Of a DNA stretch of 64,000 nt, positions 11,535 to 23,815 are shown piece by piece. A program made the translations under genes and the position numbers. The first letter of the stretch is position 1; each line of letters begins with the position of its first letter. Origin of the DNA: Callorhinchus milii. Taxonomy: Eukaryota. The notes below the pieces were generated by a model that was not told where the DNA came from, searched no databases, and saw nothing but the letters and a program-made list of their open reading frames with translations. Where the stretch lies: NCBI RefSeq assembly GCF_018977255.1, contig NW_024704742.1, positions 134,542,001-134,606,000 on the forward strand, read 5' to 3'.

Positions 11535-11810
11535 GAGTCCTGTAGCATATTGGTTAGTGCATTCGCTCTGCAAGCGAGAAGACCCTGGTTTGATTCCCAG
11601 ACAGGGTGAAACCTTAGCAAGTTTCCTTGCTCCACACTCCCTCTGTTTACCTAGCAGTAAGTAGCAACCTAGTTGTTAGTTAATTGGAGGATTGCTTTCT
11701 GGGGGTAATAATTCCTTTAAAGTAATAATATAGTTATTAAATTGATGACTATTAGTGGAACAATGTGTGATGGGGTGCTGCATCAAATGCAAGTTTATTA
11801 TTATAAATAG
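11535..11810 (+). mobile_element. tRNA(Ala)-SINE, long form (degraded 3' part)
   Basis: Head plus CCTCTGTTTACCTAGCAGTAAGTAG block. Confidence 0.8.
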
Positions 11811-12154
11811 CTGCCGCTTTTGCCAAGAAAAGCATTACTAGACAGACAGTAATTGTGAAATATCACTCCGGTAAGTCGATGTGATGAGACACAATACATT
11901 AACAAAATTCAACTTCTTTATCAACTCAGATTCAGTCAAAATCCCAAAAGAATTAGTCACATTTTGCTCAGTGTTTAACATTAAGTGATGAGAGCTACCC
12001 AAGGTGAAAGGATACACAATATTTGCCAAATTAATTATCTTGATCCACAACTGAAAGGCAGATAGCTACATTCCAGAAAAGGATTTCAGGCAGTGCAGGG
12101 GTGGGAGGGGGGGGGGAGAAGGAAAAAAATCTGCTTGAGTCCACTTCCCAAATA

Positions 12155-12520
12155 ATAATGCTTGCATTTGATATAGTGCCTTATCACGTTTTTGAGACGT
12201 CTCAAAGCGCTTCACAGAATATATTGTGAAGTGGATTGACTGCGTATTTGGTGGGTGAAACGTGGGAACCCATTGTGCGCAGCAGTGTCCCACAAACAGT
12301 CGTGGAGTGAGTGACCAAATTATTTTTATTGAAGGGATTATTACCCACGGAAAAGCAATTCGCCAATCGACGAACAACCGGATTCCTAGTTACTGCTAAG
12401 TAAACAGAGGTAAGGAAACAGTAAAGAAACTTGCCTGGGGTTTTCCCTGCCCAGGAATCAAATTGGGAGTCCTCTTACTTGGGAAGCAAGCATGCAAACC
12501 ACTATGCTATGTGTCTCTAT
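12155..12520 (-). mobile_element. tRNA(Ala)-SINE, long form
   Basis: Reverse-complement head, central block and tail are all present. Confidence 0.82.
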
Positions 12521-15184
12521 ATTATTAGCATGAGATTTGTAACATCTCTCTAATCAAATCTAATCTGAGACAGAAAGGGGGAGGAAAGAAGTGATGACTT
12601 AAGGAGAAGAGGGCAAAATATTTTTATGATCTCACTTTTTTCGGACCGTCTTTGCGAAAGATGAAGTGCAGTAAAGGTGCACTAACTTTGGCCTTTAATA
12701 CAGCACCTTATCACAACATCATAACATGTCTAAGCGCTGCACAGGAATTACTGTGGATCAGAAAAACGTGGCATTCGTGTCGTGACTGTGCATTAATAAA
12801 GCAAGGCTGAAACATACTCGCCCACAAAATATACAGTCATTCACTTTACAGTATATTCTGTGAAGCGCTTTGAGACATCTTGATGTAAGGTGCAATATCA
12901 AAATGCAAGGATTATTATTATTCATAGAGCACACATTGCATCTGTGCTGTTGCTTGCTACCCTACCAGACTCATCTACCTTAACCCCATAATATCCTCAT
13001 GCTCTTACAGTAAGCAATTCTAACTTCCCCCTTCTGGTTGTCATCCTCAATTTATCTCTCCTTTACAGACCCGATGGTCAGCAGAACTAGTCTCTCCCTA
13101 TTTACCCATCAACACCTTTCAACATGCGCTCATACTCAAAGGTTCAAAGTAAGAACGAAAGACAATGCAAGAGCAGGAAAAAAAACATTTTTTAGCAGAA
13201 AGGCAACAAGCATGTTGAGGAAGGAAATAATGAAATCCTATAGCTCAGTGGTTAGACCCCTCGCCTTACAAGCGAGAGGACCCGGGTTGAGACTCACGGA
13301 GTCTAAATATGGACTAGGTTGGGCTGAATGAACAGTTTCAGGGTTGTCGTGTCTAATTATATTATCAATGCATCTTAACAGGATTTACTGTAAAGCGCAG
13401 CGACTAGTTGTGGACCAACACAGCAGTCAGCTCACGGTTGCTCAAAGAACCTAACCGATGCAAATAGCTGCCACAGTGGCCTGTAAGAAACAGTCACTGC
13501 ACCAGACAATGATTACTTGAAGATCCTCAAGGCCTTTTTTCATGTGCACAATTGGCTGCTGCATTTCGCCCAGAAAATATACAGTCATTTCACTTCACCA
13601 TATATTCTGTGAAGCGCCTTGAGATGTCTCGAAGATGTGGTAAGGCACTATATCAAATGCAAGGATTATTATTACTTATAGTTCTTTCCATCCACTTAAT
13701 TTTAGACTTAGCTCCAATTCTAATATTTTCCAAGGTTTTAATCAAACAAATGAAATTCAGCACAACCCTCTCGTCTTTTTTTCCTGCAACCTAATATTAA
13801 ATTGCACAAAATTATATACTGTATATAAAAACCCTTTGTTTTGCACAAGTCAGTCAGGAATCCATAATTCCCTATCTATATTCCAATTACTCAAATTGTT
13901 ACCCACAATCTAGTTGCCCTCAGTCCTTGACTGCCAGTCACAGATACTTTGAGATTGGCTGCATGGTTGCCTTCCGTGTTGTAATCAAACCTGTGCTGGT
14001 GACAGCTGCCCCGATGGAGCCAATTAATTCCAATTGCTGTTCTTTCCCCGAACCTAATCCAATTCTTCTTTATAACGCCATCAACATCAGCTTTAACAGC
14101 TACTTGTAGCAAAGCCTTCTGTGCTCTCACAAGCTACTCTGCGTGATAAGGTTTCTTCCACCATTCTTCTTAACACTTTCAGTGACTAGCCTCCAGTCAA
14201 TTCACCAACTTGCAGAAATAATCGTTGATGGTTGTCTCACTACAAGTACGAGACGCTATTCTGCACAAAAGATGTTACATAAATGCAATATGTTGTTCTT
14301 GTAGTAAACCTGTGCCTTTAAACAGCACATTTTTTTTCCCCCATTTAATGTAGCATCTTCCACGTTAGAAGGGCACCTCAAAGCACTTCACAGGATTTAT
14401 TGTAAAGTGCAGTGACTGTATCGTGTATGTGAATGCTACAGTCCATTAGCACACAGGAATGTCTCACAAACAGCTAATTTTATCTGAAGGATTGTTGGCC
14501 AGGAGACCAGGAGGGCCACCCTTTTCTCTTCTGGTTGTGAGTTAGGTCTACCTCAAAAGGCAGGTAGGACTTCAGTTTAACATTTTATTCGATGGGACGG
14601 CTCCGGCAGCAATGTAGTGCTGCCCCAGCGTGGGGCTTGGGGCTTCAAACCACAACCTTCTGACAATCAACGGGAGGAGATCAGGGGTCACATATGGAAG
14701 CCCAGTGTGTGGTCTGCAGAACGTCCAATTTGCGAGCAACTGACACTAATTGGCAACGAGCACCAAAAACTGATTACACATTCCATTTCCTATCATTGAT
14801 ATTCCTACCCTAATGAAAATTTCTCAATGAACGGTGATCTGGATCAAGAACATCTTGCATTTGTACAGCACCCCTCAGGCGGGTTAGAGTGTGATAGAAA
14901 TCAGAACTGTCAATTACTGCCTCGTCTTCACAAGGGCAGGATGTTTCTCCAAGCTCATACTAATAAGGGCAACATCAGCATACATCTGTTCTTTTGCCAT
15001 ATGTGTCAGAGCCCCCACTACCAGAGACAATTGAAATAAAAGTGTACCGTAACTGCAATATTTTCATCCTTGTGTCTCTCTCTCGTTCATTCTCATTTTG
15101 CCCACAAAATATACAGCCAATTCACTTCTCAGTATATCCTGCAAAGCACTTTGAGATGTTGCTCATGACATTCTGAACATCTGT

Positions 15185-16490
15185 GATCAGGGCTCCTTCC
15201 GCCTGCTTGTCCTCCTCGATCTCTCTGCCGCCTTCAACACTGTCAACTACTCCATCCTCATACACCACCTCTCCTCTTCACTCAATCTTCGTGGACCTGC
15301 CCTTGCCTGGTTCGATTCCTATTTCTCTCACAGTCTCCACTTTGTTGCCTCTGACGGTTTCCCCTCCAGCCCCCGCACTGTCAAGTCGGGCGTCCCCCAG
15401 GGCTCTGTCCTTGGCCCTCTCCTCTTTGATATCTATATGCTCCCCCTTGGTGACATCATCCGCAGACATGGGGTCAACTTCCACATGTCTCGGATGACAC
15501 CCAACTCTGTCTTTCTGCCCTCACCCTCACCTCCAGGACCACTGCTGTCCTGACAGACTGCCTGTCGGACATCAAGTCCTGGATGATGCCAAATTTCCTA
15601 CAGTTGAATGTGAACAAGACTCGCGCCAGCACCTCAGCACCTCAGGCTCTGACAGCATCAACCTCCATGGTTGCACACTTCAACTCACCAAACCAGTCAG
15701 GAACCTGGGTGTCGTGTTCGACCCTCAACTGTCTTTTCGTCCCCACATTCAAGCCATGACCCGCTCTACCAGCACCTTGGGACATCCTCCCAACGTGAAA
15801 GGTGCTATACAAATGTAATCTTGTTGTTGTTGCCTTCCCTCATCACCATAACATTGCCCGACTCCACCACTACCTCACCCCTCAGGCCGCTGAAACTCGT
15901 GTTCATGTCTTCATCACTTCCAGGTTCGACTATGCAAGCGCCCTGCTTGTCAGCCTTCCCAACTCCTCCCTCCACAGGCTGCAGATAATCCAGAACTCTT
16001 CAGCCCGTGTCCTCTCCCGCACCAAACTCCGTGACCCCATCTCCCCCATTCTCACCTGACTCCATTGACACTCTATCCTTCAGAGGATCCACTTCAAGAT
16101 CCTGGTTCTCACCTACAAAGCCCTCCATGGCCTCGCCCCACCCTATCTCTGTGACCTCCTAACGGCCTACCAACCTGCCCGCTCCCTCCACTCAGCCGGC
16201 TCCAGCCTGCACTATGTCCCCCGACCCACCCGCCTCACCATTGGCGGGAGAGCCTTCAGCCACTCATCTCTGGAATCCCCCAGTCACTCCGCCTCGCCCC
16301 CTCCTTAGCTCTCCTTCAAGTCTCGCCTCAAGACCCTCCTCTTCGACCATGCCATCAGCCATCTCCCTTCCCCTCCCCTCCATTCTCCCCTCCTGACCCC
16401 AGCTCGGGTCTGAAATGCTGTACTCTGTCCAGAGCCTTGGGACATCCTCCCGACATGAAAGGCACTATACAAATGTAATTTTGTGGTTGT
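15185..16490 (+). mobile_element. Decayed L2 LINE (RT to 3' end)
   Basis: DNA matches L2 RT motifs (LLDLSAAF, GVPQGSVLGPLLF, DDTQL-like, ITSRFDY, LQIIQNS.AR). Ends in the hairpin tail. A nested L2 tail sits at ~15769-15832. Confidence 0.92.
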
Positions 16491-16889
16491 CTCGAAGACG
16501 TGATAAGGCGCTATATCAACTGCAAGGATTATTTTTATTATTCCTACTTCTGTTTTTTGTAGAAGAGAAACCTAAATTATTCAGTGTATCAATTATCCTT
16601 AAGCAAAGATACGGAATGCATTGTACTTCAGAGTAAAAGGAATGAATGCGAGTGCTCCCTCATGCGAAGCCAATTAATCTGTAAATGTTGACACTGTGTC
16701 TGCAGTATTTGAGCACTGCCACTAAGTGCTGAACTCAAGCATTTTTTCTGGTGAAGTTTTCTTATCACAAGCAATGCAGTAAATGCTTCTGGTACCCAAT
16801 GCCAGAGGAAAAGTGGGAGATGGGGATGAAGGTCAACTAGACTCAACGATTACATTTCAGCATACAATATGTAAACGTGTGTGTATATT

Positions 16890-17241
16890 ATAATCCTTGC
16901 ATTTGCTTTAGCCCTTTAGCACATCTTTGAGACGTCTCAAAGAGCTTCAAAGAATATACTGTATATATTGTATATATACTGGGCGAAATGCAGCAGCCAA
17001 TTGCACATAGTTGTATCCCTCAAAACAGTCGTGGACTGAGTGATTGATTTATCTTTTTGAAGGAATTATTACCACCAGAAAAGCAATTCGCCAAATCGAC
17101 TAACAACCGGGTTCCTACTTACTGCTAGGTAGACAGAGGCGTGTGGAGTAAGGAAACTTGCCCAACATTTCACCCTGCCGGGAATCAACCCAGATCTCTC
17201 GCTTGCAATGCGAGTGCTTTAACCATTGAGCTACAGGACTC
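16890..17241 (-). mobile_element. tRNA(Ala)-SINE, long form
   Basis: Reverse complement of GAGTCCTGTAGCTCA head through to tail. Confidence 0.88.
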
Positions 17242-18634
17242 TTTACTGTAAATATTATATATGACACACACCACACACACCGTAAAACTCACGTATGCCT
17301 GAACTGCAAAAATTGTATTATTGCCTAAGTCGTACATCTGACCGAGTCCTGTTCAAGAGTTTATATTCTATGCAAGTTTGACATAATTCACACTTTGCAT
17401 TAGTCATATTAAATGTATGGTCCCAAATGATACGACCTATGTGAGGTTCACTGTATATATAAGGGAGTTTCTCCCCATGTCCTGGTCAACAATCCAAATA
17501 AAATTGGTCATTCACGTCATTGCTGTATGTGCGGTATTGCTGTGCGCAATTTGGCTGCCCGTTCACCCACAAAACAATCAACAATAACTTACTTTTATAT
17601 TGCGCCCTGCGCATAGGGCGTCATCTCGGAGTGGATAACAGTACTCCTCTTCACAATAAAAATCTGTGAAGCAATTTGGGAAGTCGTCATGACATGAATG
17701 GTCGCTGCACCAAATGTAAGGATTTATTTATCACTCACACAGTTTCTTTTTGTATAGCTCGCTATTCAAGCACACTTAATAGTACCTAAATAAGCTTCCA
17801 ATGCTTTTCCTCCATTAATGATTGAAAAGAACTTGCATTTTGACAAGGCCAAAAGGTACGTTGGGGTGAGGCAAAAGCAGAGGGATGTAAATAGATAGTG
17901 CCAGTGTGCAAGCTGAAAAACAATATGAAGAATAGGCCAAATACCATTCTCGACTTCCTGCTCTATCACGAGCACTTTGAAAAGTCCTCCTGACGTGGAA
18001 AATGTTATATCAAATCCGACAATCTTTTCTTTACCAAAGACTCGCTCAAATGCCACGTAAACGCAAGATGTATTGCCGTGCCATAGATTCACCAACAGCT
18101 CCATTCGTAATGCCGCAGACATGTGTGGAACTGAGGAATACAGAGCTGGGAGGTTCAGTTCAGCCCCTGGTTAAGTGGTTAACAGATCTCTTCTGGAGGT
18201 AGCACTCCAATTGGCAATTCAGGAGGATGTGGGGGGGGGGGGGGGGGGGGGGAGGAGAAAGAAAAAAATCCCACCGAGTTCCACTCACCCCACATAATCA
18301 GCCTGGACTTTTCAACCCAAGTTGCTCGGAATTCAATTTTCTGAATAAGATGGAAGCAATTTCTGCCTCATCGTGGTTTAGACTTTTAAGCCAAAGACGT
18401 TCCAAGTGGATTCCCAGTGATTAAATAACTTTAGACCCCATTCCGTTAATAAACCAAATAATTTCCGACCTGTAATGTAACCCACTGAACCGCGGCAGAA
18501 CTCATTGCCCACAGGTTATCAGATTGAGGCAGCTACTAAATGCATTTTTTTATTAACCATGAATAATATAATGGCAATTGGTGCCGAGATTCTCATATCA
18601 TAACATCTCAAAGTTACCTCAAATGCAATTACTA

Positions 18635-18945
18635 TGGCGTCCTGTAGCTCAGTGTTTAGAGCATTCGCCTCGCAAGCAAGAAACTGGGTTCAATTCCGAG
18701 CAGGACAAAACCTTGGGCAAGTTTCCCTGCTCCACACACCTGATAATAATCCCTCAAAAAAAAACAATAATAATTTGGTAACTCAATCCATGACTGTTTG
18801 TGGGACACTACTGCGTGCAATTGGCTCCCCCGTTTGCCTACCAATATACAGTCAATTCACTTTACAGTATATTCTGTGAAGCATTTTGAGCCGTTTCGAA
18901 GACGTGAAAAGCGCTAAATCAAATGTAAGGATTATTATTATTTAT
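18635..18945 (+). mobile_element. tRNA(Ala)-SINE, short form
   Basis: Head, body lacking the central block, and (TTA)n tail. Confidence 0.88.
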
Positions 18946-19020
18946 TTGTAGGCCAATGTGGCAACCACTTTATGCACAGCAATGTACCACAAACAGTCTT
19001 AATTTTATTTGGAAATTGTT

Positions 19021-19110
19021 GCTAAGGATACTATAAGAAACTCCTTTTATAAAAAGATATATATATGTATATATCTTTTTATAAAAAGAATTTCGTATAG
19101 TATCCTTAGC
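19021..19110. repeat. 90-bp near-perfect palindrome
   Basis: GCTAAGGATACTATA...TATAGTATCCTTAGC; 45-nt arms with 4 mismatches. Confidence 0.92.
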
Positions 19111-20797
19111 GCCATGAGATCTTTAATATCCACTTGAACAGGCAGATGAGACCTTGACTTTAATAATAATAAGCCTTGCATTTGATATAGCGCCTTAGCA
19201 CGTCTTCATAGACTTCTCAAAGCTCTTCACAGAATATACGGCAAAGTGAATTGATAGTATATTTTGTGGGCCAAAAATATCCCATTCAAAAGACAGCAAC
19301 TCTAACAATGCAACATACAATGGAACAGCAGCCCAAACTGAGAGGTTTCATGTCCCACTATGGGGTCTAAACCCTCTACCAGCTAAGCGCGGTTGACTTA
19401 ATTGGATTCAAACCCAAGTCTCAAAGATGAAATGATTAGCATCTCATCCATCCACTGTGCCACAAGTTCTCCTGCAGTGAAAATATACCTGTGAAAGCAA
19501 TGCAGCCGAACATTCACACCAAGTGTTTAAAAAAAAGAGCAACGCCCTGCGTTGATACAGCAAAATTACTTCAAATTCAAATTCAAATTGCTTCAAATTC
19601 TGGCAGCCAAATCCAACAGCATATAAAAAAAAGTATGTAACAGCATAGTTTATGTTGGAGCCCTGTCACCGAACATGCCTGGAGGGAAGCATTTCACGGA
19701 CAAATGTACTTACGCAGTATAAGCTGCAAATAACATTGGTGTGATAAATGCTATATAAATGTAAATTTGATTTGTATTGGACTTAATCCCCTCATTTTCT
19801 AACCTTTGCAGAAAATCCTGTGGAGCGCTTTGAAACGTCCTCCCGACATAAAAGGCACTATGTAAATATGAGCATTCTTATGATTATTAATATCGTTGTG
19901 TTGTAGCAATTGTACATCGGTAACATAATCGTATTACTGTGCGCTGACAATATCACATATCACAATACATGGCACGTAACATGCGAGATGAAATGGAGGC
20001 TGTAAAATAAACATCACTGGTAACCATTTGCAGCATCAGTTTTTGATGGGAGCGTTGGAAAATTGAAAAGTATTCGATGCACAGAAAGATCCAGTACCAA
20101 ACTACGGAAGATACATTACTTTTCCTCTCATTCCTCATTCCAACCCACTCAACTCTCCTCAAGTGTCGTACAGCTCCAGATCCACAGACGTCATTTTTCA
20201 TATCTGAACCCAGTTAAGTGTCAGTAGCTCATTTGACTGTAAGAGGAGGGCAAGAGAAATGGGTGGTGGGATGGGAACAAAATCAGTTGATTAATGCATC
20301 TCTCAGCCTGATCCTACCTTCAACCAAATTTGCCTGCAACAAGAGTCTCCTGGATATAGACACCAATAATTTACATTTATACAGAGCCTTCATGCTGGGC
20401 AGCGTCTCGGAGCACTTAGAACAGATTCCCATTGCAGACCAGGAATTCGAACCTAGCCCAGAGCGTGCATAGGCCAATTGACCCAACTCCCCCACCCCAC
20501 CCCTCCATTGCTACCCTGGCTGAGATCAGCCAATTCAGCACAAACCGGTAGAGTGGAAATTCTGGTCATTCTTCTCAGTTTTACCCTCAGGGAGCAGCTA
20601 TGGCAATTCATCAGTGAGCCACGACAACAACAAACCCACAAAGGCCAAACACACTTACAAAGTCCTTTTCACGTTGGGAGGTCATCTCAAAGGGTTCCCC
20701 CAAACTCAGTCGGAAATACAGAAAGAAATCAAAAGGACATCCGTACCATTGAGCTCACTCCTTACTCAGACAATGTATATCAATGTGACATCGTGTG

Positions 20798-21185
20798 TCA
20801 GTCTGGCTCAGCTGGTAACGCTCTGGCTTCTGAGACAGAAGACTGTGCAATTTGCCGGGACTTCAATTAATTATCTAGGCTGACCTCCACATACAGACTC
20901 TCCAATACAATACCGGTGGTGGTGGGGGGTGGGGGGACAGGCGGGGGGCTGCATCGTCGGGGTAGGGCTGCATTGTCAGAGGTGCCGTGCTTCAGATGAG
21001 ACATTAAACCAACTGCCTGTTCGGATAGATGTTAAAGATCCCACGGCACTATTCAAAAAGAAGAGGGAGTTTGTCCCAGAGACCTGGCCAACAATACCCC
21101 CAGAAAAAATTGGTAATTTGTTCAATAGTCGTTTGCGGAATACTGTTGTGCACAATTACTTTGGGACATCTTCCCGACTTGAGAC
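20798..21185 (+). mobile_element. Deu-domain (SacSINE1/AmnSINE1-like) tRNA-derived SINE
   Basis: Head GTCAGTCTGGCTCAGCTGGTA. Deu-like GAGGTGCCGTGCTTCAGATGAGACATTAAACC..TAAAGATCCCACGGCACT..CCTGGCCAA. Family assignment is from remembered consensus. Confidence 0.75.
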
Positions 21186-22248
21186 ACGCATAACCAACAA
21201 TATCGCAGGCTCCAACAGCTTCTGTGACCCCAATCACTCAAACTGTATGAAACAGAACTCTCATACATCCACACTCAACCTCGGCCTCCTCCTCTCCACA
21301 GACAAAATTGCTCCCTCCAGCACATCATTACGTATCTTGGGAGCGTGCGGTGGAATAATATTCCTTACATTTAATATCGCGGCTTTTACATGGGGACGAC
21401 TCGTCTAAGCGCTTCACGGGATTATACTGTAAGGAGCAGTCACTGAGCATTTGTGAGCAAAACGAATAAAAAAATTGGCGACAGGACAGGACAATGCATT
21501 TACTGCAAAGACAGCATGTGATAAACAGGGTCCATCGAACGGCCTTAAACCTTATCTGTGCTGCCATGCAATTCCAGTTAATATCCAATCTCCTTCGCCC
21601 AACGAATCCCATTTCAGGCTCCCTTTGAGCGAGACTCTCCACCGTCGGGACCCAGAAAAGATTTTTTTTTAAAAATTGCTTAAGTGAAGGTCTGCAAGCT
21701 TAATAACAAGTAGTACATGTATGGAACAGGCTCCCTAGGGACACAGTGGAAGCAGAAAGTGGTGATTCTTTCAAATAGATTTATTTTAGGAAATAATATT
21801 GTGGGATACAGTATATAGTTTGGGACGTGAATGTGCAAGCGACTGCCAGGATGGTGGATGGCGAACTGGATGGATCTTGGTCTTCTTTCGTTGACCAATT
21901 TTTATGCTGTTATGTTTGGTTCTTCCCGAAGGCAAATTGCTTTTTTTTAAGCAGAACAGCTACTCACTTTATATTACAAGAAAATGTGATCATTCGAGCA
22001 GGAGAGCATCAGATAGCTCCTCCAGGGTTAGAGACAGGCACATATGCTGTGAAAATGACCTTAATACCGTACATCTGTGCCTGTGCACACATTACCTGGG
22101 GGAGGAGGGGTCAGACAAGAGTGAAGGATGAATGTTCATCTGCTTCTCAACGGCTTCATTTAAGACCAAAAAGATAAACAGGAAAAAGTGAGTAAGGGAG
22201 AAAAGAGAGAAAGGCAGAAAGCAATGAGATTTCTGAAGAAAAAAAAAT

Positions 22249-22575
22249 CGAGTCCTGTAGCGTATTGGTTAGAGCACTCGCCTTGAAAGTGAGAGAACCC
22301 ACATTTGATTCCCAGACAGACTGAAACCTTAGACAAGTCTCCTTACTCCACACTCCTCTGTTTACCTTGCAGTAAGTAGGAACCTGGCTGTTAGTTGATT
22401 GGCAGATCGCTTTCCTGGGGTAATAATCCACCAAAAAAAATTGGTCACGTAATCCACGACTGTTTCGCCTACAAAATATATAGTCAATCCACTTTACAGT
22501 ATATTCTGTGAAGCATTTTGGGACATTTTAAAGACGAGATAAGGCGCTATATCAAATCTAAGCAATATTAATTAA
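22249..22575 (+). mobile_element. tRNA(Ala)-SINE, long form
   Basis: Head plus central block plus tail. Confidence 0.82.
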
Positions 22576-23299
22576 CTCAACGACATTTCCAAAAGGTATG
22601 CTTCATGCTTATGCAGCTCTATAGACTCCAAATCAGAAGGTAAGGGTTCAAGCCCTATGACAGAGCGTTTGATTCACATAGTCTAGGCTGACCCCCATTC
22701 AACCCCCACCCGAGCACTGCTGCAGATGCCCTTTCAGCGCCTTGGGATGTCCTCCCGACGTGAAAGGCGCTCTATAAATGTAATTTTGTTGTTGTTGAGT
22801 CCTTCAGAATGAGACATCACACCGAGGTACTGTCTGCTCAGGTGGACGTTAATGATCAAATGGCACTATTACGATAATAATCCTTGCATTTGATCGCATC
22901 ATTCCCACGACAAAATTATTATTTTGTTTGATGGGATTATTATTCAAAAAAGAAAAGGGAATCCCTCTGTCACCCGGTCAACTAGTCATTCACTTCATGG
23001 CTGTCTACAGAACACTGATGTGCACAAACTGACTGCTCTTCACATATAAAATAAAACATTTGCCACACTTTATAGTAAATCCTGTGAAGCGCTTTGAGGC
23101 ATCCCTCCAGTGTGAAAGGTGCAATATCAAATGAAAAGATTTATCAATTATTATTTATAATATTCTTACTATTCTGTGGTGGTCAAAACATAGGTTTACA
23201 ACAACATTACATTTGTAAAGCGCCTTTCAAGTCGGGAGGACGTCCCATGGCACTGAAATTTTGGGATCAGGACCCAAGCGTGGGGGGAGGAAGGGGCGG

Positions 23300-23815
23300 G
23301 ATTGCCTTCCCCCACCTCCACAACATTGCCCGACTCCCCCATTGCCTCACCCCTCAGGCAAACCCTCACACACGCATTCATCACCTCAAGGCTGGACTAC
23401 AGAAACCCCTCCTTGTCAAGTCTCCCCAACTCTGCCCTCCACAAGTTGCAGATCATCCAGAACTCTACAGCCATCGTGTCCTCTCCCGCCCCAGGCTCCG
23501 TGACCCCATCTCACCCCCACCCTCGCCCGGCTCCACTGCCTCCCCATCCCTCAGAGGATAGAGTTCAAAATCCTCGTCCTCACTTTCAAGGCGCTCCACG
23601 GCCTTGCCCCCTCCTACCTCTCTGACCTGTTGACTCCCTATCAACCTGTCCGCTCCCTCCATTCAGCGGGCTCCGGCCTGCTCCATGTCTCCCAGCCGAC
23701 CCGCCCTACCATTGGCGGCCGGGCTTTCAGCCTCTCTGTCCCCCCTCGCTACTCCCGTGCCTCCTTCAAGGCAAGACTGAAGACCCCCCTCTTCGACCGT
23801 GCCTTCAGCCGCCCT
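23300..23815 (+). mobile_element. L2 LINE 3' fragment
   Basis: HAFITSRLDY..LHKLQIIQNS; similar to 15830-16360. Confidence 0.88.
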
